IMG/VR virus record: IMGVR_UViG_2508501111_000003
Span: 14,762 to 78,761 of that record
Length of the DNA: 64,000 nucleotides
Strand: one strand, 5' to 3'
Source of the DNA: a virus
Taxonomy: Duplodnaviria; Caudoviricetes
Shown: positions 1 to 9,896 of the stretch, in pieces
How the letters are laid out: every line of letters starts with the position of its first letter
Position numbering within the stretch: position 1 is the stretch's first letter
Program-made: the position numbers and the translations under genes
Notes under the pieces: generated by a model
What the model was told of the DNA's origin: nothing
What the model saw: only the letters and a program-made list of their open reading frames with translations
Databases searched by the model: none

Positions 1-230
1 CCGCTCGCATGGTTGTACCCCAAGGCGGCATGGTCGGCACGATGGCCAATGCGTTGCCAACGAATCAACCATCTGCGCCGTCGATCATCAATCAGATCAC
101 CATCGATGCGCGACAGGCCACCAATCCGGCAGCCATCAAAGCCGCCGTTGAAGAAGTCTGGAACAAGAAGATGAAAGATATTTTGGGCAGCGCCACCATC
201 CGGCTCAAAACCAATCCATTTGGCAAATAA
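1..230 (+). CDS. Tape measure protein C-terminus, unit A (5'-truncated by window)
   Basis: MVVPQGGMVG...KTNPFGK is nearly identical to the C-terminus of the TMP at 31029-35072. Confidence 0.9.
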   Translation, partial: ARMVVPQGGMVGTMANALPTNQPSAPSIINQITIDARQATNPAAIKAAVEEVWNKKMKDILGSATIRLKTNPFGK

Positions 231-266
231 CCAACCAAACCCTACCGCCTAAAGGAGGCGGCTTGT

Positions 267-1640
267 ATGACCACAATGCAACTTCTGCGCAATGGCAGTG
301 TCGTGATCGACTTCATGCCTAGCGTAAATCCAACCGAAGGAACCACCTGTTATTGGCTTGTTGATGGCTCGTGGCAGCCGCAGGTTCCCCAACGCGACCG
401 CCGCTTGATCTCCAATGGCGAACAATTAATGCCCAGTGTGCAATCGTTCGCCGTGAATATCTTTGGGGGAACCAATGAAGATCAGGCGTGGGCCGCCTAC
501 CACGCGCTCATGGTCTTGCTCGATGATGCCGAACGCTTCTATGAGGAAGGCTATAGCAGTGCTGTGGTGTGGCGCACCAAGCCCAGCGACAATACCGTCC
601 ATAGCGATATGCTGGTGATGGGCCGCGCTGGCGATACGCCCATGGTCGGTACATCGCCCACGCTGATTCAAGATAACGATGTCTGGTGGATTCTCAATGT
701 GCCCGTGACGTTTCTCTGCCGCCCGCTGCGCTGCGCAACCAGTAGCGTGAGCAGCAGCACCAGTGCCAGCGCCAATATTGCGACGATTCATCAGCCCACT
801 TTCAGTGGCAGCGCCGCACCCATGGAAAGCCCAACCAACCTGACCTTGAACGTGGCCGCAGCCACGAATGGGGCAACCATCAATGGCCTGATTGCCGTGG
901 CTCCACGCGGTAAAATGGTCAAATCGGCGGCGTGGTTGTTTGCGCCCAGTCCCAGCGTGGGCGGCTGGTCACGCCAAATTCAAGCATCCGGCGTGTACGC
1001 CTCCGATAATCTGGTCTGTTTCTACAACTTCCCCAGTGTCACGCCATCCTATTCGCCCAACGGGGTCTTGACCGACATTGGCGCAATGAATTGCCGATCG
1101 GTGATTCAATGGGCCATGCTGCGCACGACCGCACCATTTCTCATTACGCCCGTGGTGCGCAGCAATGGCGCACTGATCGAAGGCCGTGCCACCCTCGTCG
1201 ATAGTGCTACCCCAATCATTGTGCCACTTGGCCAAACCAGTTCACCCTACCTGATTAGCGGCCATCAGCTCAAGCTGACCAACCTAACCAACGCCGGAGC
1301 GATCTATATCAATGCCATCCTGACCATTGCCGCCGATGCAGGCGGCTGGAGTGTGATTCCCTTCGCGTCGCTGCCGCTGCCCAGCACGGCCACCACGATC
1401 ATCGTCGATGCGCGCTATCTGAGCAATCCCGATGCGAGTTTGACGTGGACGAATGCCGGTGTAACCCAAGCCGTTCCGACCGATAGCAATCCCTTAGTGC
1501 TCACGAAGGATCTCCAGCTGGATGTCAACATCTTTGCCGTGAATGGCAATTCATGGAGTGCCACCGCCGAAGGTTCTGCCAGTGCTCGCACGATGACCGT
1601 CCAAGCATCACGCCTCAACAGCGCGATTATCCCACTCTAG
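267..1640 (+). CDS. Phage tail protein (distal-tail position), unit A
   Basis: 457 aa, GGAGG RBS, directly after TMP, near-identical paralog of 29568-30944. Confidence 0.8.
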   Translation: MTTMQLLRNGSVVIDFMPSVNPTEGTTCYWLVDGSWQPQVPQRDRRLISNGEQLMPSVQSFAVNIFGGTNEDQAWAAYHALMVLLDDAERFYEEGYSSAVVWRTKPSDNTVHSDMLVMGRAGDTPMVGTSPTLIQDNDVWWILNVPVTFLCRPLRCATSSVSSSTSASANIATIHQPTFSGSAAPMESPTNLTLNVAAATNGATINGLIAVAPRGKMVKSAAWLFAPSPSVGGWSRQIQASGVYASDNLVCFYNFPSVTPSYSPNGVLTDIGAMNCRSVIQWAMLRTTAPFLITPVVRSNGALIEGRATLVDSATPIIVPLGQTSSPYLISGHQLKLTNLTNAGAIYINAILTIAADAGGWSVIPFASLPLPSTATTIIVDARYLSNPDASLTWTNAGVTQAVPTDSNPLVLTKDLQLDVNIFAVNGNSWSATAEGSASARTMTVQASRLNSAIIPL

Positions 1641-1649
1641 GAGGGGTTC

Positions 1650-3329
1650 ATGCAGTACGCAATCTCACTCTATGACCCCTTCACGAACGTGCAACTGGCA
1701 CGGTTTGATCGCCAGGTCACCGACGCAACCCTGAGCACCAACGGACTGACCGCCAGTGTGCGACTTGCGCCCTTTATCGCGAAAACCTTGTACGCTCAAG
1801 CGCGGCTGTTGACTGCCGTGGTACAGCGCAGCGATGGTAAAATCCTGCGCTATCGCACCGTCACCCTACGCCTGATTGATCAGGGCTTGGCGCTTGAATG
1901 CCATACCCTGATCGTGGCGCTCGATGATCTGGAGTACGATGGCTGGTGGTCAGTCACCACGCTGGATGGTTGGTTGCCCGTTGAAACCACTTCGTCCACA
2001 CCCGAGCGCTGGGAGATGCGCCACGATGATGGCACGATCAGTTTGTCGCCGCGCAAGAATGAACAATTTAGCAACGCCAAGGGGATTGGTCGTCAGTCGC
2101 TCTTCATTCCGGCGAATCTGAACACCACCGGATTCCAAGTTATCCAATTCGATTGGCGCTCGAAAGGCCCCACCAATTGGCTGGCAACCTTCCTCGCTGC
2201 CGAGCGCGATTACAGCAGCCAAACCGGAGCGACCACGATTGCCCTGGGTAATGGCACAGCCCAAACCGGATCGCTGTGCTTCACCTTCGCGGCGCGGCCC
2301 CTCGTCAGTGTTGCGATGTATTACAACGCCGCCCTCGCCACCTATATCGGGGAAACAGGCGATGATTACCTGAAGATCAGCAACCTGCGCGTGGCCACGG
2401 TCACCACGAACATGGTCAACACGACCACCAGCGGTGCAATTGCCATTGGCACGGCCTTTGTGCCCGTGGCGAGTACCCTCAATATCGCGGTTGGTCAACG
2501 CCTGACCATCGAAAGCGGTGGGGTGAATAGCGAGAGTGTGGTGGTCTTGGCCGTCACCGCAACCCAATTCCAAGCCACCTTTACCAAAACCCACGTCATC
2601 GGCAGCACCGTGCGCGGAATTGTGGTCACGGATAAAGAGATTGTGGAGGATGTGTTGAGTAAGGCCCTGGCAACCAACCCAACGAGCGGGATCAAGCAGA
2701 GCAGTGCGCGGATCAGTAAGAGCAGCCGCGATTGTTTGGAAGCGGTGTGGTCAGCCGCATCCGGCTTAAGCGTGGTACAGGAGCTGGCTGCGCAGGCGCA
2801 ATATGTGACGTATGTGGACGATGCGCAATACCTGTACTATGGCCCCAAGGAAGTGGGCCGCACGTTCGCCTTGGTCGATGGCTCGATTGAACTGGAGAAA
2901 GCGCTGGGTGAGGCGACCAACCAAGTGCGGGTTGGCTATAAAAACGCCAGCAACCAACCGCTCTATACCGCCTTCGCGGAACACGCCAGCGAGCGCTATG
3001 CCTTGGGCATCGTTCGCCAGCGCACGCTTGCCAGTGAAACCACCGATGCAACCGAGGCGGCCACGTTGCGCAGCGTCGCATTGACCGATGCCGCGCCCAC
3101 CGTTCGCGCCAGTCTGGGCGTGCGAGCCGTGCGCAATGACTACAACGTGCGTGAGCCGCTGGATACGCTAACGCGGGGTGATGTGATTACCATTGGCGAT
3201 TTGTCCGGCGCAATCAACAAACGAAGCTACACGCTGGCTGAAACCTCGGTTAATTTGGTCACGGGTGAGGTATCCGTAACGCCCGAAGCGCCGATTAAGC
3301 AGCTCGATCGGTGGCTGGCGCAGGGCTAA
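1650..3329 (+). CDS. Phage minor tail/baseplate hub-like protein, unit A
   Basis: 559 aa, last gene of the tail operon, near-identical paralog of 27879-29558. Confidence 0.75.
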   Translation: MQYAISLYDPFTNVQLARFDRQVTDATLSTNGLTASVRLAPFIAKTLYAQARLLTAVVQRSDGKILRYRTVTLRLIDQGLALECHTLIVALDDLEYDGWWSVTTLDGWLPVETTSSTPERWEMRHDDGTISLSPRKNEQFSNAKGIGRQSLFIPANLNTTGFQVIQFDWRSKGPTNWLATFLAAERDYSSQTGATTIALGNGTAQTGSLCFTFAARPLVSVAMYYNAALATYIGETGDDYLKISNLRVATVTTNMVNTTTSGAIAIGTAFVPVASTLNIAVGQRLTIESGGVNSESVVVLAVTATQFQATFTKTHVIGSTVRGIVVTDKEIVEDVLSKALATNPTSGIKQSSARISKSSRDCLEAVWSAASGLSVVQELAAQAQYVTYVDDAQYLYYGPKEVGRTFALVDGSIELEKALGEATNQVRVGYKNASNQPLYTAFAEHASERYALGIVRQRTLASETTDATEAATLRSVALTDAAPTVRASLGVRAVRNDYNVREPLDTLTRGDVITIGDLSGAINKRSYTLAETSVNLVTGEVSVTPEAPIKQLDRWLAQG

Positions 3330-3333
3330 ATAA

Positions 3334-3374
3334 AACAAGCGTGCAGGTGGGAACATCCCACCTGCACGCTTGTT
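3334..3374 (+). terminator. Intrinsic terminator ending the unit A late operon
   Basis: Perfect 19-bp stem AACAAGCGTGCAGGTGGGA-aca-TCCCACCTGCACGCTTGTT just after the stop codon. Confidence 0.9.
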
Positions 3375-3587
3375 TGTAAAATCCGGCCAAAACTACCACA
3401 CCTTCAAGAGAAAATGTTTTCTTGGGTTGATTGATGGAGTGCTTTTTGCTACATCTCTTTTTTGTATAGTACAACCTCGCATATTACTCATGATATAGTA
3501 GGCATGGGTTCATTCGATTATATACATCCTGTGCGACAGGTTTGCCCATATATTCATTCACATCCCCTATGCACTTAAGCATCTAAG

Positions 3588-3974
3588 ATGGATAAGGAAT
3601 TTCTAGCCATGACTACCCACATTCTCGTGGTTGACGACGAACCCTCCATACGAGAGTTGTTCGAAGACGTTTTAGGTGATGAAGGGTATGTCGTACACAC
3701 GGTTGCAACCGGACACCAAGCCTTAGCAGTCTATCAGACGATGCCTCTTGACCTTATTTTTATCGATATTATGATGCCTGAGATGGATGGCATAACCCTC
3801 TGTCGGCGCATTACCACTATTCCCGGGATGACTCAGCCTCCCATCATTCTCATGAGTGGAGGGACAACCGTGACCACGATTGATGGCCCGTATCAAGCAT
3901 TTCTTGCCAAACCGTTTGACTTAACGAATCTTCTTCAGCTTATCCATACACTACTCAGTTCGGAACAATCATAA
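3588..3974 (+). CDS. Stand-alone response regulator receiver (CheY-like)
   Basis: ILVVDDE, DLIFIDIMMPEMDG, LAKPF motifs. Confidence 0.92.
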   Translation: MDKEFLAMTTHILVVDDEPSIRELFEDVLGDEGYVVHTVATGHQALAVYQTMPLDLIFIDIMMPEMDGITLCRRITTIPGMTQPPIILMSGGTTVTTIDGPYQAFLAKPFDLTNLLQLIHTLLSSEQS

Positions 3975-4205
3975 TGCAACGCAGAGCACCAACCATACAG
4001 GAACAGTGGACAAATGTAGATGATTATCCCTCGTATGAACCAAACACGCACGCTGGATTGTGGTTCATCCATCACAGGATCAAATACTGAGTCAATGAGT
4101 TCGCTTAAACGATCCGCCCAAGAAGAGCTTGTCATTCGTTGGCGCTATCTGATGTATTGCCGTCTAAAGACCAGTTATTAAGCAACTCGACCCATTGAAA
4201 CAGTC

Positions 4206-4508
4206 TCATCCATGAGCACCTGCCCGCACTTTCTGATAGAAGGATAAATATAAATCCACAATCAACTCAAAACCTTCTACAGTTATCGCCCCAGCAAGCG
4301 GCTGATTGGCCCCACCACCCATACCGCCATAGAGCGCAAACGCTCGGACTAAGGCATGATACTCATCGAGTAAATCCCCTACCACATCACGATTAACGAG
4401 GAGTAATTGCGCATAGGCTCCTCGCAAACGGTGCTCGTACCGATATCCTAAACAGAGGCTCCGAATACCAGTCCACAGGCGGGCAACTTGATGTTCATAG
4501 GTGGGCAT
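4206..4508 (-). CDS. Hypothetical protein, paralog of 27450-27779
   Basis: GGAG RBS; shared R(L)xGAY, LVxAFAxxGGxGG and GFxxIxxLYL motifs. Confidence 0.75.
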   Translation of the reverse strand: MPTYEHQVARLWTGIRSLCLGYRYEHRLRGAYAQLLLVNRDVVGDLLDEYHALVRAFALYGGMGGGANQPLAGAITVEGFELIVDLYLSFYQKVRAGAHG

Positions 4509-4679
4509 AGCTCCCTCGCAGTCGATAGATCACCAAATAACCGCATTACCCTCAGCCGTTTGGTCAATCCTTATCGGCCTTTCACACCCATAACAAGCAG
4601 TATGGTTTCACCATACTTTTACTCTCACGCTCACTCTACCCGAGCATGTTCGAAGGCCATTTGAATAGTCCATCATTCT

Positions 4680-5060
4680 TTATACTGCGGCATTGTCGTT
4701 GGATACCCGAAGGAGTTGCTGGATCATCAGAAGCAGATGTCCAAGATCAAAGGGTTTCGCGAGAAAGCTACCCGCGTGGTGATCAAGGTTCAGGGCGAGT
4801 TCATTGTGGCCACTCATAACAATGATGGGAATCCCACGCGTCGCCTCGTTGCTCGCCAACAGTGATCCAATGGTACCGCCATCACCATCAGGGAGGTTGA
4901 CATCCGTGAGAATTAACTGGGGTATCTGTTGCGCAAAATAGGCCATCAATGCACCTACCGAGGTAAGACTGATGACCGCATAGCCTTCATCCGCTAAAAA
5001 TTCCTCTAAAACGGCAACAATGGAATGATCATCTTCAACAATGACAATGGTGGGCTGCAT
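4680..5060 (-). CDS. Stand-alone response regulator receiver
   Basis: IVIVEDD, LILTDVNLPDGDG, LAKPF motifs. Confidence 0.92.
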   Translation of the reverse strand: MQPTIVIVEDDHSIVAVLEEFLADEGYAVISLTSVGALMAYFAQQIPQLILTDVNLPDGDGGTIGSLLASNEATRGIPIIVMSGHNELALNLDHHAGSFLAKPFDLGHLLLMIQQLLRVSNDNAAV

Positions 5061-5299
5061 ACGACCTCATTGGTCTCGATGGTGCATTTAAGAATCTTCT
5101 TCGGGTTCTACTATGCCATAGATGTGCTCATGAATCAAGCACTGTCTAGCTAGAGGTATAGGAATACCACACAAACGCCATGGGTCGAACTGCAAGAGCG
5201 GAGCCAACACTCTTTGAAGGGCGCTATCAGTCTAGACAGAGACGTTCCGTCATGAACCAACCGACGATTATAGGCTATTCCCAAAGGCGCATAGGAGGT

Positions 5300-5761
5300 T
5301 TATTGAAACGCTGCGCAATCATCACGATAGGTGTGCACCCATCGCAGCGGTGAAGGCTGACAGGTATTATCCATCGAGCATATGAGGCAGCAACGGAAGG
5401 GGGTGGCTTGACAATGGCCACATTCCCAGCAGGTATAACCAGCGCATAATCGCAAGATTGATTGTTCCATGAGATACCCATGATGCCTGTTGCGCTCAAC
5501 CATCCAAAGGATGTGTGATTGTTCATTCATCACCGTGGCTGTTTTGATACCGGGGTTGGCCACGACTATCGTATCGACCAGCGCAATTAAGTGTTCAACT
5601 GATTCACTAGAATCAGGAATATAGTAGGTTAATGTTTCGTTGTACCGATACTGAATACACGCATAGGGTTTCCTTACTTTTGCCGCATTCATCGCCGTGC
5701 GAACGGCATTGATGCTCCCATCAGAGAAATCGCCTGCGTTGGCAATATCAAACGTTTGCAT
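5300..5761 (-). CDS. Hypothetical protein with C-terminal Zn ribbon, paralog of 54943-55419
   Basis: CxxC...CxxC; PDxxESxEHLI motif shared with the paralog. Confidence 0.7.
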   Translation of the reverse strand: MQTFDIANAGDFSDGSINAVRTAMNAAKVRKPYACIQYRYNETLTYYIPDSSESVEHLIALVDTIVVANPGIKTATVMNEQSHILWMVERNRHHGYLMEQSILRLCAGYTCWECGHCQATPFRCCLICSMDNTCQPSPLRWVHTYRDDCAAFQ

Positions 5762-6037
5762 ACGCGCCTTTCCGCCATCGATTGCGATTTGTCAACCGAC
5801 CGATCATCATTGATCCCACGCGGGGATAGTGTGCATTCAGGAGTTCTTTTTTGATCGCCGTAGTGGAGTAAACATCATGATCGCCCATTCCTAGTATGCC
5901 GTGTTGGTACGTGATGAGCCGTGATGCTCCACCCACGCTACGTTAAGATCTCCCAACGGGTCAAATGAGCACTATCGGCTCTACCACGGCGGAATCAGCG
6001 AAGAAGTGCCTGGACATGGAACGACAAATCTGTTGGA

Positions 6038-6186
6038 ATGTGATCACTGTCGGCGATTTTTCTGGTGCAATCAATAAACGCAGTTACACACTAGCAGAAA
6101 CCTCAGTCAATTTAGTGACAGGCGAGGTGAGTGTTACGCCGGAAGCGCCAATTTAGCAGCTGGATCTGTGGTTGTCGCAGGGCTAA
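6038..6186 (+). pseudogene. Displaced 149-bp 3' fragment of the last tail gene
   Basis: Aligns without gaps to 3181-3329, mostly synonymous changes, AAG>TAG stop at 6154-6156. Confidence 0.9.
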
Positions 6187-6233
6187 AAACCAAGGAGCAC
6201 GTGAAAAATTCCCACGTGCTCCTTGGTTTTTTT
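6186..6233 (+). terminator. Terminator following tail-gene fragment 1
   Basis: AAAACCAAGGAGCACGTG / CACGTGCTCCTTGGTTTT stem with T tract. Confidence 0.85.
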
Positions 6234-6251
6234 GTGCTTCAATGCTGGGCA

Positions 6252-7247
6252 TCAAGCATGGGTTGAGGGTGGTATGGTATCGGGAGTCATCGTCTGCGGA
6301 TGTTCCCGTAGATCTCGCCATACATCATGGAGTTTCCACCCAGTACTCAGAAGAATTATGCTCCATGCTCCCGTCATCATCAGCCAGTGTGCATGGTGAT
6401 ACACGGGATAGGTTAGTGCAATTGATTGCTTAAGTGATATCGGGGTTGTTTTATTCGATTTTCGCTCGTGATAGGTATCAAGTGGGACACTCGTCGTAAC
6501 CGTAATTAAGATCAGGACAACCGCACTCACCCAGAGTGCTGGTAATGCGCACGAGCGTGCGATATTCCACCACACAAGAGCGCTCATCCCAAGAATAAAA
6601 CAAAAGAAGACGCTCATGATCATAAACTGGATGTGCGTCCAGAACCCAGCTTCAATAAATGACGCATCCACATGGAGTTGTGCTAGGATTGTATCAAACC
6701 ACGCAAAGACTACAATCCCCACTGCAATACGCGTTACTCCAAGGAGCCAGAGTATCCACGTCCATCGGTAAGCACGTGGTTGCTGATTGGGGTCATAGGT
6801 TCCAACCCCAAGATAGAGAACACTGGCGATCAGGATTGCGATGGCTCCACCGATCATCCACTCCGGACCATCAAGCGAACGATGATAGTGTTGTGCCCAT
6901 GTATTGTCAGATGGCTGCGGGATGAGCGAGATATCGAGCATTCCACGAAAACGCCCGATCGGACGGCGCGATGCAACACCAGTCAATACCAGCAATCCAG
7001 CAATCCCCGCAATAGACATCCACCCAAGTCGCCAACGCTGATGATAGGCAATGCCACTAAAGACCAGTAGCAGGAGAAAGAGGATGTGTTCACCAAAATA
7101 CAGGAGGATGTTATGATCGTAATACGAGGTGGTGAGCGGAGCCATAAACTGTGTATACCGAATAAGGCCAACCTGCATACCAATAACCCCAATGACCCAG
7201 AGAAGGCCAGCACACCAACGGATAGCGATACGCCAAGAAGTAATCAT
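6252..7247 (-). CDS. Multi-pass membrane protein
   Basis: AGGAGG RBS before ATG 7247; 331 aa with many hydrophobic segments. Confidence 0.75.
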   Translation of the reverse strand: MITSWRIAIRWCAGLLWVIGVIGMQVGLIRYTQFMAPLTTSYYDHNILLYFGEHILFLLLLVFSGIAYHQRWRLGWMSIAGIAGLLVLTGVASRRPIGRFRGMLDISLIPQPSDNTWAQHYHRSLDGPEWMIGGAIAILIASVLYLGVGTYDPNQQPRAYRWTWILWLLGVTRIAVGIVVFAWFDTILAQLHVDASFIEAGFWTHIQFMIMSVFFCFILGMSALVWWNIARSCALPALWVSAVVLILITVTTSVPLDTYHERKSNKTTPISLKQSIALTYPVYHHAHWLMMTGAWSIILLSTGWKLHDVWRDLREHPQTMTPDTIPPSTHA

Positions 7248-7398
7248 ACACAACCTCCTTCGTGTAGTGAGTATAGAAAGCCACTCGCTGAATGTGAATG
7301 ATAGGATTATGAAATATCGAGTTGCGGGGGAACAGATGGTAAGCACTAAGGATGAGTTGATTGTGGCATTGAAGCTGCTGCAAGTATGTGCGCTATAG

Positions 7399-7464
7399 AG
7401 CGCATAGTTGGGTGGAAGCCGCCGATCTGCATTGACAGTGCCAGTCGGCGGCTCTTGTGTGCCC
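7399..7464 (+). repeat. 66-bp hairpin element, inverted copy at 26085-26150
   Basis: AGCCGCCGA...TCGGCGGCT stem around TTGACAG; aligns to the reverse complement of 26085-26150. Confidence 0.8.
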
Positions 7465-7673
7465 TGAGCGTGCTATACTAGCAAACCGTTGCCGCGTGCT
7501 TGCACCAGCATTCGGTAATAACTAACAAACAGGCCACCCCTGATCAGACTGTGCTATCAACTGATCAGATGTGGCCTGTTTGAGTAACAAAAGTCCATTA
7601 TCTTGAAAGATAATGGACAAAAGAAAAACCCACGCCGTGTGGTGTGGGTTTTGTGATCCTCGCGAGAGGATGT

Positions 7674-7739
7674 GGTGAGGTGGCGGTTACGCCCGAAGCC
7701 CCGATTAAGCAACTCGACCTGTGGCTGGCACAAGCCTAA
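7674..7739 (+). pseudogene. Displaced 66-bp 3' fragment of the last tail gene
   Basis: Aligns to 3264-3329 and encodes GEVAVTPEAPIKQLDLWLAQA*. Confidence 0.88.
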
Positions 7740-7748
7740 AAGAAACAA

Positions 7749-7775
7749 GAGCACGTGGAAAATTTCCACGTGCTC
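7749..7775 (+). terminator. Hairpin following tail-gene fragment 2
   Basis: GAGCACGTGGAAA / TTTCCACGTGCTC, same family as the 6186 hairpin. Confidence 0.75.
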
Positions 7776-8225
7776 CCTCGCATAGCCACCAACCCAACCA
7801 TACCTGTTCGCACCTTACCAATTGAACAGGTTCGCGATGAATTCCCAACGAGCGATAGCGGCTCCCCATGGGGCATCCACGGTACTAGCACCCATGCTGG
7901 TGTCGTTCGGCTGCGCAGGGTTGGTATACTTCCTGCTGCATCTGAGGGAACACCGAAGGAGGCTTTGCATGGACGTAAGACACTAGCTCCGCGCACGAAC
8001 GACACCGCCGCACGAAACCGGATACAAGAGTGCACGACTCTTGCAGTGTGAGACAACGACGGTCATCTGCTCGGGAGGGATAGTGCTTGTCTGGCAAAGG
8101 ATGTCGTGCCCATCGATGCAGGCGACAATGGGCATCGTCACCTCGATGGAACACGACCACCACAGGCACGGTTGATGAGCAGCCCCGCACCGAGGCAGGA
8201 GACCGTCCCACCCAAGGAGCGATTA

Positions 8226-8468
8226 ATGCCCCGAAATACGTTTCCATACCGCTTTCAGCCCGTCCGCCGTGGTGATGTGATTTACCTTCCCAACGGCACG
8301 ACCGTGCCGATGATCCATGGTGGGTTGGTGGTTGTGTTTGGTGACTGTGTGCTTGGCCCTTTTCGTTCCCGCCATATTGCCGAGATCGAGGCCAGTTACC
8401 ATTCCCAAAAGTTGCTCTTGCCTGATGCCATTCCTGCCGTTGGTGGTAGGTTTGGTCTGATCAGCTAA
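8226..8468 (+). CDS. Small hypothetical protein
   Basis: AAGGAG RBS, 80 aa. Confidence 0.55.
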   Translation: MPRNTFPYRFQPVRRGDVIYLPNGTTVPMIHGGLVVVFGDCVLGPFRSRHIAEIEASYHSQKLLLPDAIPAVGGRFGLIS

Positions 8469-8912
8469 CCCGTCCATGTGGCATCGTCATACCCATCATA
8501 CGTCATCACGGGATGGATGGGTATGACGATGCCACACTGACCTCTTGGTGTCTGGCCTGCGCATCAAGCAAGGAAATAGTTGGTGAACCTTTACATCACA
8601 CCACGCCCCTGATCGAACTGTGCTGCAACCGATCAGGGACGTGGTGTTTTTTAGCGCCTCAATTTATGGATTCACTGGGCGGAGCCGCCAACTGCTGATT
8701 AATGATATCCATCAAAATATGTCGATGGGCTTCAGTCGATAAGATGCGACCCTGCAACGCCAACTGCGTCGAAGAGTTCGCCATTTGAGAGATCGTCAAT
8801 GATTGCCTCGATCTGGGCCAGTGCTTCATGTTTCTGCATGATGGACTCCTTCTATAGATTCTTAGTAAGAGCCACACGAACGCGATTTCTGGCATGAATG
8901 GGGAAATATCCG

Positions 8913-8970
8913 CTAAAACCACAAACGGCTCGCAAATCGGAGCCGCTTGTGGGAGTGAAGAGAGAGGAGG
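8913..8970 (-). terminator. Terminator copy 1 (family shared with 11333 and 19199)
   Basis: CACAA-CGGCTC...GAGCCG-TTGTG stem with the same purine-rich flank as 11333-11385. Confidence 0.8.
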
Positions 8971-9154
8971 ATATGAATTTCGATAGTCCTAGTATACCCA
9001 TCAGTTCGTGCCATAACGAGGCCTATCAGTCCTTAACATTCATGACACTGGTACTAGCATTGTCTAGTCTTTTTTTATGGGAGCCATCTATAGCATCATT
9101 GAATGCACACCTGCGAACTCATACACTGCTATTTTGTCGCATCGCAGCCATCCA

Positions 9155-9655
9155 TCAGTACTGCGATCCATCGTGATCAAGCGGAATTCCAGCCAAGACT
9201 GATATTAATAGTTGCTCCATATCGGCCATGTTCAGCCAAAAGAAGCCTAAATTTGATTGCGATCTGAGGACGGTAATAACAATATGACTATGAATTGGTC
9301 GAATGCTACAAAACCCCTCTGCCGTTCGGATCAAACTTTCTTCGGTATGCCCTAATCCAACGCTCTGTGCCACCTTATCAGCAATGCGTAACCATGGCCC
9401 ACTAATCGCCGTAACCTGCATCACATTCAGATGATCGGGTAACGTTGACGCAAGCACATCACCAGCACTATTCATTAAAACAGACCCAAGAACCCCTGGC
9501 GTGACATGGGCTAATTGGGTAAAGAGTGTTTGGACAACACTGGTATGATCAAATGTTGGGAGTGGAACAATATAGTCGGTAGAATCGCCCTTATCCGACG
9601 AGAGGGAACCACCTAACGCAGTCATAATTTGATGCAATGAGTTTGGTTGAGTCAT
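9155..9655 (-). CDS. Roadblock/LC7 (MglB-like) domain protein
   Basis: TPGVLGSVLMNSAGDVLAS, GLGxxEESLIRTxxG and SNLG pattern. Confidence 0.8.
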   Translation of the reverse strand: MTQPNSLHQIMTALGGSLSSDKGDSTDYIVPLPTFDHTSVVQTLFTQLAHVTPGVLGSVLMNSAGDVLASTLPDHLNVMQVTAISGPWLRIADKVAQSVGLGHTEESLIRTAEGFCSIRPIHSHIVITVLRSQSNLGFFWLNMADMEQLLISVLAGIPLDHDGSQY

Positions 9656-9896
9656 AGCAGAACATCCTTGTTGCTACCGAGCAATTGCCGTATCCATTCG
9701 CGTGGTGATGGTAATCCTAGGAACTGCAACTAACGAACAACCTTACGCACATTTGAGGAATCCAATAAGTACCTATATTAATATATACACGTCTCTATAA
9801 AACTATCTCTTGCCTCATTGAATCCATATCTTTCTAACCGAATCCTAGCCAGAATGGTTGTGCGAAGTCATATAATCACCTTTATTTGGAGGATGT

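Noticed and set aside
1-3329. Assembly artefact as the cause of the inverted duplications
   Set aside because: The copies differ by many synonymous substitutions, a codon indel and different intergenic sequences, which a collapsed or echoed contig would not produce.
3181-7739. Diversity-generating retroelement (tail-gene 3' copies as TR/VR)
   Set aside because: Differences between copies are mainly synonymous third-position changes at all four bases, not adenine-specific, and no reverse transcriptase is in the window.
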